Assembly (NCBI GenBank): GCA_043228905.1 | Contig: JBHGNT010000010.1 | Location: forward strand, 4,650,001-4,714,000 | Reading direction: 5' to 3' | DNA length: 64,000 nucleotides | From: Azolla caroliniana | Lineage: Eukaryota; Plantae; Polypodiophyta | Shown: piece after piece, positions 51,135-64,000 of the stretch | Numbering within the stretch: position 1 is the stretch's first letter | How the letters are laid out: each line of letters opens with the position of its first letter | Translations under genes and position numbers: made by a program | The notes under the pieces: generated by a model | What the model saw: the letters and a program-made list of their open reading frames with translations, nothing else | Database searches by the model: none | What the model was told of the DNA's origin: nothing

Positions 51135-53864
51135 ATGGGTTTCTTCAAGAAGCTCTTTGGGCATTTGGGTTTCTTCAAAGACGAGCATAGAGATGGTGAT
51201 GGTGATGATGATGACGACGATGGTGTTGTTGATGATGGAGGAGAAGACACTGATGTAGGAGGAAGACAAAAATATAGAGAAACAGAGAAGAGGTCTGAGA
51301 CAGGTTTTAATGTTTCAAAGACTGCTGTGCCCACATACAGATATGTCCCCCCGGTGGTTTCAGAATGCACACCTGGAGCTGGAGGTATTCAGGTCTCTCT
51401 CTCTCTCTCTCTCTCTGAAATTTGAACTTCTGTATCAAGGATCAATGGACACATCACAGAACCAATTTGTTTCTGGTCATAATTGTTCATTGATTCTTTG
51501 TTAATCTTCCTAGACTTTTCTTATTTGTGTTGGAACTTATGCCCGATTTACTATGTGGGTTGTGATCAATTTTTAGTTTAGTTTCTGTTATGAATTGCAG
51601 AGTATATTCTAGCTCTGTGGATCTTGCTGTTGCACATGCTTGCCCTGTAAAATAACGAGATTTTAACCCCTGTCTGTGCATGGGTTAAGAAAAACATGGC
51701 TTATAACTAGGGTTAAAACCAACACCAGAAATTTATTGTCTTCTACTTGAGGCCCAATTCAGCCTATGAGACAATTCTTGAAGTACCCCAAAGTATCCAA
51801 TAACAGATAAATAATAAAGAAAGAAAACATATACATGGATTCAATGATGATGATGATGATGATCACGGTATACAAGATGCTATGCTATGTGACGTGTAAG
51901 CATGATATATGTAACAATATCTCTATCTTCTTCGATAGCTTATGATGGTCAATGGGATGGATACCTATTGGTGTGCTTTTGGGTTAATGGATTGAACAAT
52001 CCTCGCAGTAGATCTGCTGGTCGCAGTGGGCCTGAATAATCATGGGGTGTCTGGATCTCTGCTGTGATCTGTCTCTGGTGTAGTCTTGGTGTCCAGTAGC
52101 CTAATATCCTAGGTCTCCTACACAATTTGATGGTCTCAGCTTGATTTACTGCCACTCCCTTCTTGTGGTATGTGTGGTATCGCCATGGAAAGTCACTGTA
52201 ATCTAGGTCCTTGGGCCCCTCCATACGCCGTATATGAAGGTGAATGATACTAGGAGTGTCTCGCTGGTGATACTTTCAGTATAAGTAGAGTTGCCCTAGC
52301 AAAGAAATCAAAACTGTGTAATGTGTCTGTGTCCCCACACACACCACGCATGAAGGAATTTTTACTTTCGATGAATGGGTAAATACCCCATTTTTGCTAT
52401 AAACCAATTGTCGCATGGGCCAATTTTGGTCTTAGAAGACGTTGATATTTCTTTCTTTCTTTCTCTCTCTATCTGCACCGTGGAAAAGAATAGATCTGTA
52501 TATCTCAGACCCTGTATAAATCCATACTTTGAGATGCTCATGAAATAGTCCTGCAGTATACAATCATAGTTTGAACTCATTCTCTAGGAGCGATCCTAGT
52601 CTATCAGATGTAGAGCTGCCATAGATCCTGTTATTCCTCTCTCTGCAGGAAAGGGGGAACGCAAATAGCATCTAGATCATACAGCGTACTTGATTTTCGG
52701 AGGTTTGCAGAGGCGCTGTAGATCGAGTTCATGTCAGCTAAACCACAGCAGCATCTGTGACTACCATTATCCCTTATCCCTTGTTATAGATGCTTCAAAT
52801 AAATATCCTTTTTGGTCTGCACAGGAAGATCAAGAATATAAACGTTGTGACAATGGAACTACCATGTTTGAGAATGCTTTCCCCCTTTTGCCATTCTTCA
52901 TTCCATTTCTTGCTTGAGCCTCCTCCCATCATATTGCAGGGTATGCCCATTCTGGTCATGTTCCTGGAATGATTCCCATACCACTATTGCAACATATTGT
53001 CTGCCCATGAGATGGAATTGTCATTATAAGTGGTAGTGTCGTCTAAGTATCCATTAAAATGAAAAAAATGATGCATGTAAGTAACAGACTAATCCAAGAA
53101 GTTAGGGTGCTAGTGGTGCTGGGACACTGGGAATGGCTAATGGATATTATATGTACATCTCGTAGCTATGTCCACCTCCATTGTAAGTGCAGTTACGAGG
53201 TTATATTGTTTGGACAGTAATATTTTTTTATGAAAACCTAGTCTATGATCTTGAGAGGAGTCAAAATTCAAATTATCATGTTACCTTTTCATAAGATAAT
53301 GTATCCATTACACTCTGTCAGTATTGGGTTGAAACTGAATTAGAAGTTGAAAACTAGCCTCTTTCCATAATTGTGATAACTTGGATTGATTAAGATGCTT
53401 GAATATCTTCTCTTGGTCAAAACGTGAAAATTGAATAAAAATAGGTGGTTAGAGACCTGTTGTGAAACTATGGAAATCATTTTTATGGCATAAACTACCG
53501 ATGCAGAGAAACCCTTAAATTGAGCTATTAGCATAGAGGAAAATGCTATAAAAAAGTCATATGCGATATTTTTGAGTTTTACAACTTAATCAAACTCATA
53601 GATGCATGCAATTTGGCCTTAAATGTGAATTTGTGATCGGATGATCTGCAGGGTTTGCAATGGTATGCTGAGAATCTTATGATGGATGAAGAAGGTGATG
53701 TTGCTCATGAATTCTTAAATGAAGTCATTATAGAGCACTCTGCCTCCAGAAACCATGACTTTGAAGTCAAGAAAACGTCAACAAAGGCGATAAAATTAAA
53801 AGGTTCCTTGTGCATAGTAAATGGTAACATATATCTACATTCAACAAACCGATACTACTCATAA
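51135..53864 (+). CDS. Conserved plant protein of unknown function, ~156 aa, two exons
   Basis: Exons 51135-51392 and 53652-53864 join in frame: MGFFKKLFGHLGF..acidic tract..PPVVSECTPGAGGIQ|GLQWYAENLMMDEEGDVAHEFLNEV. Resembles a remembered uncharacterised angiosperm family (GGVQGL.WY...L.IDEDGDVA.EFL). Confidence 0.8.
51844..53010 (-). mobile_element. Degenerate RTE-like LINE 3' fragment in the intron of the unknown-protein gene
   Basis: Minus-strand ISWADNML (YADD-like) at ~52990-53013, then fragmented coding-like sequence, ending in an (ATC)n tail at 51844-51863. Confidence 0.5.
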
Positions 53865-56386
53865 TTCGACAAGAAAATATGATTTTCTTTCTTCTTCTCT
53901 CTTCTTGGAAAGGTGACTCAAATAGAGACTCCAAGGGTTCGGACACTCGCTTGTGAGCTGTCCCATAGGTGTGCCAACAGTTAAAGTGCTATACTTATTG
54001 TTATATAACTGAAGCATTCCTGTAAATTGTTGACATTGTGTCGAAAGGTGATAAGTTATTGGAACCCGTGGGTATTTTTTGCTTGAATATTGCAAAATGC
54101 CTCTGGAATCTATTCAATCAAAGCTGTGTAAGATTGTGTCGCCAACACATAAGTTATTCTGTTATCATTATTTTTGTTGTGGTTGCTATTGTGCCATCTT
54201 TCATCTCCTTCAAATATATGTAAATATATACATTGTTATGTGATTATGATATCTGCTTATCTGCTTTCATTGTGGAGGTGTATAGATAGATACATGAACA
54301 TAAAATAAGATATTGCAAGAAAGAAGCCTTTGTGATTAAGGGCTGGTATTTTGAAGGAAAGATTTTCTTTGTATATTGGTGTCATATATTTTTTTATGGA
54401 TTGTAACATGTTCATAAACATGTTATGATCAACATATTTTTGAACATTAACATGTCTATTGAGATTCATTCGATTTCAAAATAGTGGTTTGGTGGATTGA
54501 ATGAATTGACATATTACAATTACAAGATAACCACTTCTTTGCAATGATGCATCACTAAGTTGTTTCTTGCAACACCATACCATTGACTTATGTTATGCAT
54601 CACTAAGTTGTTTCTCCTAAAGCATGCATGGTCCTCTCATCATAAATTTTTCTATGGGTAGCCAATTCATTCATTCAAGAGTGTGATATATGCCTTTTAT
54701 CAATGATAAATATGCACACAATCTCCATTGTCAATTTCTCTACTCAAGATTTTGTATGTGGTTAGATGACTAGTGCAAGTGTTGAAAGAGTTTGCCCTAT
54801 CGTTTCAATATGGAAATGGGCAACATCCATTATTGGATGCATTTATTGTATGGCATCTTCTCTACCATATGCTTGCATAAGTAACTTGTTCATTGAAAGA
54901 ATTTGAAACTTTTCCCTTAACATTAGAAACTTGATGCAAGCACTGTAACATTTTCCCATGGTTTGAATATTTGAAGGGACAACATACAAAGATGCTTTGA
55001 GTTATGTGAAAAGATATATGGTGTAACATAGATATCCCTAACTTTTCCATGTGGGTGAAGGAGAAATTAACGTTTGTTCACTTATTTGTGTGATTTAGTA
55101 CCCTATAAAGAATTTAGTTCCATATAATAAATTTGCTAGAAGGTTTTCGTAAGGTGTAATCATCATTCTCACTCAGAAAAGTTTATATAAATAATTACTT
55201 CCACGAACATGATAAACGGAATCAATGCATTTAGGTTTATGTTGTAGTAATGCACACTAAACAACTAAAGTTAGCTAGCATACAACATAACTTGTATTGA
55301 TGGCCTTTGTAAATTCAAAATGATTTATTGACATGTTCATAGTTGGAATTCCAAGTATTCACATATGCAATGATGGGGAGTTTTAATGCTTCACTCAAAC
55401 AATGGTACATCATCACCTGGAAGTCACAAAGCATAGAAGCTTCAATAACAAGAAATCATTCATATTTCATTTTATGTGGAAATGATGATACACAATGCAC
55501 ATGACCATAACACATCACTCAATCCAGAGAGCATATGATTAAACAATGATAAAGGTGACTTTCTTCATCCAAATGATCAGTTAAGAATGCATCCTACCTA
55601 TTATTTCCAATCGAAAAGCCACTCAATGTGTTTGTACAATTCTAAGTGGTCAACTCATGAAATGGATAAGGCAACAACATTGGATCCATTACCCATAATA
55701 AATGGGCTCCAAATACCCAAGGTACTTCACTATGCTCAAGTGGTCAAATGTGTCGGATGGAAAAGGCAACATTAGATCCATTTTCCTAGGACCTCAACCT
55801 TACCCTCTATACGATAGTGCTCACATGTTATGACAATAAACAAATTCGGATGAAGTGAGCTCGCGAATCTGCGACAAGGAAAATTACGAGGAAGAGGACA
55901 ACTAGGCTTGACCGATGTGAGCGAATCAACAGAGGGTACTTGGGCCACCCCAGATCAGAACCAGGTCGTCGGTTTACTTTTGCGTGTGCCTTCCGAACAT
56001 GAGCCTAGGATTTCGTGAGGTTCCAATCCAAACAGAAAAAGCGAAGAGCAGGCTTTCGAAGGATCTTCGGTTATGTGTCACGAAACACGCAGAAATAATC
56101 CCCGTGTTGTGCTTCTTCGGAACCTCATGAACACAAAGGTCAAACTAGAGAGTAAGCTTGAGTTGGCTCCATCTATAATGAATGATTCCATAATCAGAGA
56201 AATACACCATATAAATATATATAAATTATAATATATATATTGTATGTATTTGTGTATATTTATGTATGTATACGGTATAAAAATACGCAGCGGTATACGG
56301 TAGAAAATACATGCAAAAGTACAGTATAAATACAGTAGTCTCTCTGTCTGTCTCTGTCTCTGTTTGTCTGCCACAGAACTGCGACG

Positions 56387-58811
56387 ATGGGGAAGGGATT
56401 CGCTTTCAAGACAGAGCTCAGTTTCGGTAAACATTCCTGCTTCTTCTTCTTCTCTGTTTTTTGTCGTCAGATCGCACATATTCCCTTATTCTTCTTTTGA
56501 CCTATTTCTGTGAATCAAAATTTGCTTTTTCTTCTTGTTCTTTGAATCCTCTGCAGAGGAGAGGTCCTTCAAGGCTTCCAAGATGAGGGAGAAGTACCCT
56601 GATAGAGTACCTGTAAGTGTTCCTTCATCTTCTGTCATTCTGTTTATTTCTCTATTTATTTTGGGGTCTGAATGATTTAACTATCGATATAAAAACACTT
56701 GATTTCCTAATAAATTGAGACGGTCTCAAATTGTAATTTGATTGAAAGATAGAAATGTAAAGGGAAGTAAAATTTGCAAGATAGGAGGGTGTAGGGAACT
56801 GGAAGGTAAAATTTAATTCAGATACATGATTGAACAGGTTGAAAACATGGAAATGGAAAAAGGTTGTAAGAAATGCAAAGAAATATGGAGAAAAATATGG
56901 GTAGGGTTTGTTTGGAGGAAGAAATTGTTGAATTTTGATGAAAGAGAATGTAGAGCAGGTATACAAAATGGTGTGGAAATTGATGAGATCTTAGAAACTT
57001 CGGAGTTTAGTGTGGTTGTTGAAAGGGCTTCTGATTGAGAAATTGCAGAGAGCCATATAAAATGGTGTGAAAATAAACAAGAACTTTATAGTTTGTGTGC
57101 TATGGTTATAGAAAGGATTTATGCTTATCGATTGATTAGTTGAGGTGTAAAATTGGTGTGAAACATATGGAAAAAAAAAAGAGAGTTTATTACGCGGTAT
57201 CAGATCGATGATGCAAGAAAACAAGAACAAACACATGAGTCCATAAATTTTCAAGGTCATAACTTGTTGGATCGATTTTTCCAATGATTTATATTTGAGC
57301 GTGACCATGGTTGAAATGTTTATGCCTTCAATTTAAGTTTAGTTTTAGCTTTGATGTAAAATGATTTGATTCAACATTTAATGTGCATTAGCTATAGCAT
57401 TTGTTATACCTCATAAATATATTTTTGTATTCTTAAACAAAAGAAAAAGTTTACGGTTTCTTGTTTTGGGTACTCATTTCTGCTGTTCTGTTTCCTACCG
57501 GCACCCATGGTCAATTTGCCCTTAAAAATCTTCAAGTTGTATGCGTACTTTCTTGCTTTTGTGTTATTATGGACAGCCAATTTCAAGTGTGGCTCTCAAA
57601 ATCAATTTTCTTTACAAAGGCAATTGGATATATCTATTATTCATCAATTATGAAGAGAAGTTCCTACATCCAACCTTAATTGTTTTGGTGTGAAAGTAGA
57701 TACTACAATGAATTATTAGATTATATATTTGTCACATTAAGCATATAAAGGGGGACTAAATGGTCCTACTAGAACTAGCCAGAAGGGTTGTCAATCCCAA
57801 CCCATTCACCCTGTTCTATTATTATTATTATTGGCATATTTGTACATGTGTAAGCTGTGACTTCAATGTGTGTTTATGTTGATGTATGTGGACATGTGAG
57901 TGTGTGTGCATTTGTATGTAAGAGAATGAGTTTACTAAATTTCATGTGTATGAGTTTGTGTGTGTTTACCAAATAAAAGCTGGAAATTTATGACTCTTTG
58001 CCATTGTAAATATGCTTATTTGCCCCTGTTCCTGTACAGACAGGAGTTATCACTCCTTGATGACACATAACAATTTGTTTCCCAAAAGCATCTTATCGTC
58101 TCTTCTAAAATGGTTCTAATTTTCTTTGAGCAGGTCATTGTGGAAAAAGCTGCTAGAACGGATATGCCTGATATGGAGAAGAAGAAGTGTGTATTGACTT
58201 TTTTTAAGTAGGTTGTATTGGATTCGTTTGAGATGGGTTTCAGGCTCAAGAAAATAATGCTATGTGATTCAGGTTTCTTGTGCCTGAGGAATTGACAGTT
58301 GGTCAGTTTGTTTATATTATCAGCCAAAGGCTTCATCTAAGTCCGGGTCAAGCCTTGTTTGTCTTTGTAGGAAATGCACTTCCACCCATATGTATGTACC
58401 AGCTAACTGCTCCTTACTTTTTTTCCCTTGTGGATATTTTGGTCCCCTTCCCCCTCCAAGTTTCTTGTTGGGTATTTACGAGAATGGCCATGACTTTCAA
58501 AAGTTACCAGAAATACTCCTGTGTAGGAATAATGTCTTTACTATAGAGGGGTATTCTTGAGTATGTTTTGTAAAACTCAGGGGCATTCTGGTAAATATTC
58601 AATAAGTTGGTGGTATTTTTTTTGCCCCCCCTCTAAAAAAACAAAAAACTTTAATTGAAACAAAAACTTTATTTTCTAGACTTGTAAACAATGAAATATG
58701 TTATCTGTTTTGCTTTTTGCAGCTTCTTTAATGTCATCAGTATACAAAGATCACAAAGACAAGGATGGTTTTTTGTATGTGCACTACAGTGGTGAGAAAA
58801 CCTTTGGATAG
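56387..58811 (+). CDS. ATG8: Autophagy-related ubiquitin-like protein ATG8 (ATG8h/i-like), 118 aa
   Basis: Exons 56387-56426, 56557-56612, 58134-58186, 58273-58391, 58723-58811. Motifs [45 protein letters not shown]. Confidence 0.95.
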
Positions 58812-60235
58812 ACATACAAAGGAGTTCATCGGTGAATAAACAATCATGGTCTTCGTTGTACAGCCCTCCAAATGATTTGAGAAATTTGTACATAGATTGT
58901 GACTTGAAATTATAGCAAACACCAACCACCAACTGTTAATTCTTACAATTGGTGTTAGCCCACCTACTTGAAATTGTTTCCATAGTTTGCTTGTATATAC
59001 CAAGGAAACAAATTTGTGTTTTCGCCTGTTGTAATCATTCACTTAGTTTTCTCTCTTTTGTAAATAAAGTAATCTTTGAAATGAGTAAAAGACATGACTC
59101 AAGCTTCAAGATGAAAAGCATGAAATGGTACATAATGGGCGCTGAAAATCATCTTGGTAGTGGTCTACATATTATAGCATCATTATTGTAATGTTATAAC
59201 TTATAATACACAATTCATATGCCACATTTAGAGAAGCAATAGAAATTGATTAAGATTTATATATGAGCTGTGAGGATGAAGTCAATGGCTGTAAACTTCG
59301 TCATGCAGCAGTTTCTTGTTCATCATCAAAGACTACCTGAAAAAGGTTCTAATCTACACTAATTATAGTTATCGGGGAAGGGAATCCATTTAAATGTTTT
59401 CATGCATATGAGGCAAGTGATTCTCTTTCATAACAAATCACATTCAATCAATGTGGTTGAAAAGAAATAAAATCCTCCAAATAATAAGGGGGATTTCAAT
59501 AACGGTGAGTGGAAAGTAAAACACAAACTAATGTTTTTGCATAGGAAGGCCGAATCTAGTTGATCATAAGTGATAATCATATTGGGCAAAACACAAATAT
59601 TAAAGCAATAGGCAAAGCTAGAAGCTCATGGACATGAACAAGTTATGAATGCATATCTGGTTAAAGGGACCATATCTAGATGTCGAGAAATAAAATTCAA
59701 TCATATAAAAGTGTTGGAAGGGTTAGACATCCCTTGACCTCCAAGCAAATGTTAAAATGACGATAAATGTGGGCCAAGTCTATGGTATATATATAGAGAG
59801 TTGGGGTCATAGGGCCCACCCAAGTAGTGGTTAGGGATGCTAATATTCTACTGCACTTCAGCTGGAACCCGAGGAGTTTTTCGTTGTTTCCTCGAAAGCC
59901 ATCAATCAAGACCCATCTCGGAGCATGTACATTATCCACATAAGCTCTTTTGAGCAACATATGTGGTCATTCATCCGATTCATGGAGTCAAGTCTCTCGC
60001 TGGTATGTGAACTGGAAAATGCACGGGCACATGGCATTGTTCGGGTACAATCGGTATCCATGGCAATGGCATTGGCAATGACCGCGAGTGTCTCATTCTG
60101 CTTGGATTTGTGGCCATCTGCTGCCCCCGGCAATGACAATGACAATGACAATAGCAATGCCTGTGGCAGGCGGCAGGCGACAAAGATCCGAGCAAAATGA
60201 AACGCATACATATATGTAATTCATCCACTCGAGTT

Positions 60236-60402
60236 TTTCACATATTTCTTCATCATCATCCTCATCTTTTCACATACTTCTTCTTTCCACATAATTCTTC
60301 ATCATCTTCTTTTCACATATGTCTTCTTCTTTCCACATAATTCTTCATCTTCTTCTTTTCACATTCTTCTTTTACTTCTACTACTTCTTCTTCTATTCAC
60401 AG

Positions 60403-60433
<31 letters not shown>

Positions 60434-60435
60434 CG
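60236..60435. repeat. CT-rich tandem repeats and (TTC)n upstream of the UBC start
   Basis: tttcacata..tcttcttc..ttccacataattcttcatc is repeated, followed by (ttc)n at ~60404-60433. Confidence 0.75.
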
Positions 60436-60495
60436 TATAGAAAAGAAGAGGAAAGGAGGAAGGAAGGAGACCCCAAACAGAGGGAAGAAGATCGC

Positions 60496-63400
60496 ATGGC
60501 GGATCGTGCCTGCGCTCAACGGCTGCAGAAGGAATTCAGAGCTCTCTGCAAGGTCACTCCTTATTACTCCCCTCCCTGTCGTCTTCCTCCCTTCCGATTT
60601 CGACTTTTAAAACCTAAATCTCCTTTTCCCTTCCTTCGATCCGTTCCCCTCTGTAACAGATCCATGTTTCTTTCCCCCCCTCTTCTTCTTCGCTTTGAAA
60701 CGCATCGGAAATTTAGGGTTTTGTTAACTCCGCATCTGTCTTTTTGCTGGTATTAGAAACACAACAGAAATCGCAGGTTTTTTCTTCTTATAAAAATCAG
60801 AGTGAGTGAGAGAGAGAGAGAGAGAGAGGAACAGAGATGACAGGAAAAGAACATGGACAAACGGAGACAGAAAATGCAAGGAAGGATGAGATGGTGATGT
60901 CGTGCGTTTCTTGGTGTTTGCCCTGAGAAATCCTGCTGGAAAGAAATGATTTCTACCGTTCGTTATTTTTTGCCTTAGTTCTCCGCCTCGGGCTCTTGTT
61001 TGTTATAAGTGTTTCTTCTGCTAGTTTTGTTTTGATTGCTTTTTACATCAGATATCATGGTGTAGAGAAATGTTTTCTATGGCCGGCCCTATATCTCATT
61101 GTTTCTTTGACTCAGGCTCATGTTGTGAAGAAGCGGTTTCTACTGACAGTTTCGTTTTTTCTTTGCTTTTATGCCCTAGAAAGTCAAATTTTAATGGAAT
61201 GAGTTCCTACTGTTGGTGTTGTTCTTTTTTAGCCTCAGGGTCATGGTGAAAATGATCAGTTCTTAGGGATTCTAACTAGTTTTGTCTTTCTTTGTTTTTT
61301 AACCTTAGAATTATGTTTGAGAGCAATCAATTTCAAAGTGATTCTTATTAGTTCTGTTTCTTGTATCTCTCTTTGCGTTTGTATCAGAATCATGCTTGTA
61401 ACATAACTTTCAGAAACGTTTGTAATTATGCTGATATTTTTCTTATGCAAAGACCATATTTGGCTTGCTTTAGTGAAACAAAGTTTATATTTTAACCTGC
61501 TTCTTTCAACTAAAGAGAAAACAGTAGCAGTTAATGAAGAGATTTTCTTTTAGATTGAATGAAGGTGGTCATATTTAGTGTTCCTAATGCTTTTCTTATC
61601 AATACTTCAGGTCATAATTTTATTCGTTTTAATTTAAACCTTCAAAAAATATCACTATTAAGAATTTCCATAGCATGTATAGGTCACAGCTTAATTGGAG
61701 TCTTCATATATTAAGTTGGGCCTTAGCCATACATTCTTGACATATTTTACCTGTTATGCGCCGAATATAGAATATCATTATTTTTCCATTAAGCAAATTC
61801 GTAGCTCTCTCGTTTCATGTCCTAATATGACTTCTCGTTTATCAAAGTAGGCCTTAATAATATATTCTTGTCAGGTTTGCCTTGTTCTGTGCAGCATGTT
61901 TTTCCTAGAATTTAATGCCTGAACATTTTGACTTTATTTTGTCTTTGTCTTTGTCTTTGTCTTTCAACTATTGAGTGTTTTGAAATGCTTCATGTGGTTG
62001 GATATGGCACATGATCAAACAGTCAAACTGTGATAGGACATTACTTGCAGTAACATCCCTGATTTGTATATTATCTCATAGCTTTTGTATTATATACTTA
62101 TTTTATAGGAGCCAGTACCACATATTGTTGCTCGACCATCCCCCAGTAACATCCTAGAATGGCGTATGTATTATTGTTCATTATGAGTTGTACACAGTTT
62201 GGATACTTGACATTACTTACAGTTAGTCTTTTTGTGTCTCACAGATTTTGTTTTGGAAGGGAGTGACGGAACACCTTTTGCAGGCAATGATGCAATTTGT
62301 GTTTTGATAAAATGCATTTAGACCTCCTTGATTTATTGGTTAGAAGTGTAATTCAGGAACTTAAACCTTTGTACATGCAGGTGGAGTTTACCATGGCAAG
62401 GTTAAATTTCCACCTGAATATCCCTTTAAACCTCCAGGCATAAGGTGATTATACAATTTAATTTTGACTATAGCTTGAAGATTGGAGATTGTTGAATATA
62501 AGATTATTATACCATCTTTCTAACTTGGGAAAGTTTCATTCTTTTGTCCATATTTGCAGCATGATCACTCCTAATGGGCGGTTTGCCACCCATAAAAGAA
62601 TTTGCATGTCTATGAGCGACTGTAAAGTTTCCAACTCATTTCATAATGTTTGTTTGCTTAATCATCAAATCTATGAGGTTTTTGTTGTCGATGAGATCTT
62701 AGAGATTCTGATTATTCTCGGTTTTCAACTTCGCAGTTCATCCCGAAACTTGGAATCCGATGTGGTCAGTTTCAAGGTATTTTCAAGAATGTCTACAAAT
62801 ATGACCTTTACCTTAGCTAAATAAAATGACAACGTTCTATAATTTATTCATTTCATCGTGCATGGGGTAATAGATATGAGCCACATTACAGAAAACATAT
62901 ATAAATGGTGATATTTTGGGATCTGAAGATCAAGATTAAATGTACAGTTAACTTAAGTGCCATTCATTAGTAATACAGTGTTAACAGTAACTCAGATGTT
63001 CGACACTTACTGTCTGTTGTATATTATATTTCTATTTAACAGATACTATTTGATTAACCATTTTGTGTAACTTATTTTGTAATTATATTGCAGCATTCTT
63101 ACAGGACTGCTGTCGTTTATGGTAATCATTCTTTCTATTGTTGATTTTGCACTTATTAACCTGCTGTAACGTGTTATCCTCGATGTGCTCTGCACATATT
63201 AAATGTTGTCGGTATACGCACAGATGGATAATACCCCTACAACAGGCAGTGTCTCTTCCACCCCAGAAGAAAAGAAACGGTTAGCTCAAGAATCACTGGC
63301 GTTTAACTGTAAAAGGTAAGGGAAATGCATGCAAATCTGGAAAGAGTGCGTTTTATAAATAGATATCAATGACCTCTGTTTAATGTTTTTAATCCTAGTA

Positions 63401-63778
63401 CCAACTTATATGTAATGGCAGTCCAACCTTCACCAAAATGTTTCTTTAATGTATTTCAGCTCATCATACTGTTTTTTATCGTGCTGCAGCCCAATCTTCA
63501 GGAAAATGTTCCCAGAGTATGTAGAGGGGTATATGCAGCAACAGAATGATCCCAAGGATAATGCGAAAAAATCAGAAGCGAAGGTAGAGAGTGGAGAGAA
63601 TATAGAGATAGAGAATGGAGAAATAACCCCAATTTCAGAAGGAAAAGAAACACAGAGTACTGGCAAGCAGAAAGGATCAATGGCAAAGTTCCCTATGTGG
63701 CTTACTGCTATTCTCTTTGCTCTCTTTGCAAGTATCATGGCTTTGCCTCTTCTAACCTTAGATTTTGCTCAGTTGTGA
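60496..63778 (+). CDS. UBC34: Tail-anchored ubiquitin-conjugating enzyme E2, UBC33/UBC34 (Ubc6/UBE2J2 type), ~241 aa
   Basis: Exons 60496-60552, 62109-62163, 62245-62283, 62381-62444, 62560-62621, 62737-62776, 63094-63121, 63224-63315, 63490-63778 (726 nt, in frame). Motifs [39 protein letters not shown] (catalytic Cys) and a C-terminal hydrophobic anchor. Confidence 0.93.
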
Positions 63779-64000
63779 GATGCTTTGGAACTGTCAAATA
63801 TATGGTATGTCCTCTCAAAGCTTGGAAGAGGTTGTAATTCTCTTTGAGATAGCTAACTATCTATCTATCTATATATACAGAAATACTATGTTGTCTGCCA
63901 ATTGCTTACGTACTTTCCGCACATCGTGTTCCAAGATTAAATGTGACGTGGGTGTCTGGTCTTCAAAAATACTGTGAAATATGCAATGTTGTGGAACATA

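Noticed and set aside
59900-60230. Short ORFs and CAATG(A/G) repeats as a possible miRNA hairpin or small gene
   Set aside because: No extended stem or recognisable mature miRNA was found by eye. It is most likely UBC promoter low-complexity sequence.
2465-63778. CAND1, ATG8 and UBC33/34 as a proteostasis gene cluster
   Set aside because: These are common housekeeping genes separated by unrelated genes and transposons, and there is no evidence of co-regulation.

Overview
Eukaryotic land-plant nuclear DNA, probably a fern or another non-seed plant (inferred from the gene families, short GT-AG introns, abundant (CT)n/(AG)n/(GTAT)n tracts and the transposon repertoire). Seven protein genes were reconstructed by hand: the 3' part of CAND1 (+), an SC35-like SR splicing factor of the SCL30 type (+), an intronless germin-like protein (-), a full-size ABCB6/ABCB20-type transporter (-), a small conserved plant protein of unknown function (+), an ATG8 ending in an exposed Gly (+) and a tail-anchored UBC33/34-type E2 (+). 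About 28.8-50.2 kb is a transposon nest: two 5'-truncated L1-type LINEs, a CACTA remnant, copia fragments, a solo LTR and a structurally complete but disabled Ty1/copia element with TSD. Degenerate RTE/RTEX-like LINEs also sit in introns and intergenic DNA. Most ORFs in the supplied track are spurious or exon fragments. I found no convincing wholly new multi-gene system. The best leads are a copia element with two PPTs (possible LTR replacement), poison-exon and 3'-end splicing switches in the SR gene, a degenerate NBD1 in the ABCB, tRNA-like Pol III cassettes, a satellite inside an L1 3' UTR and a TUSC2-like motif in the unknown protein.
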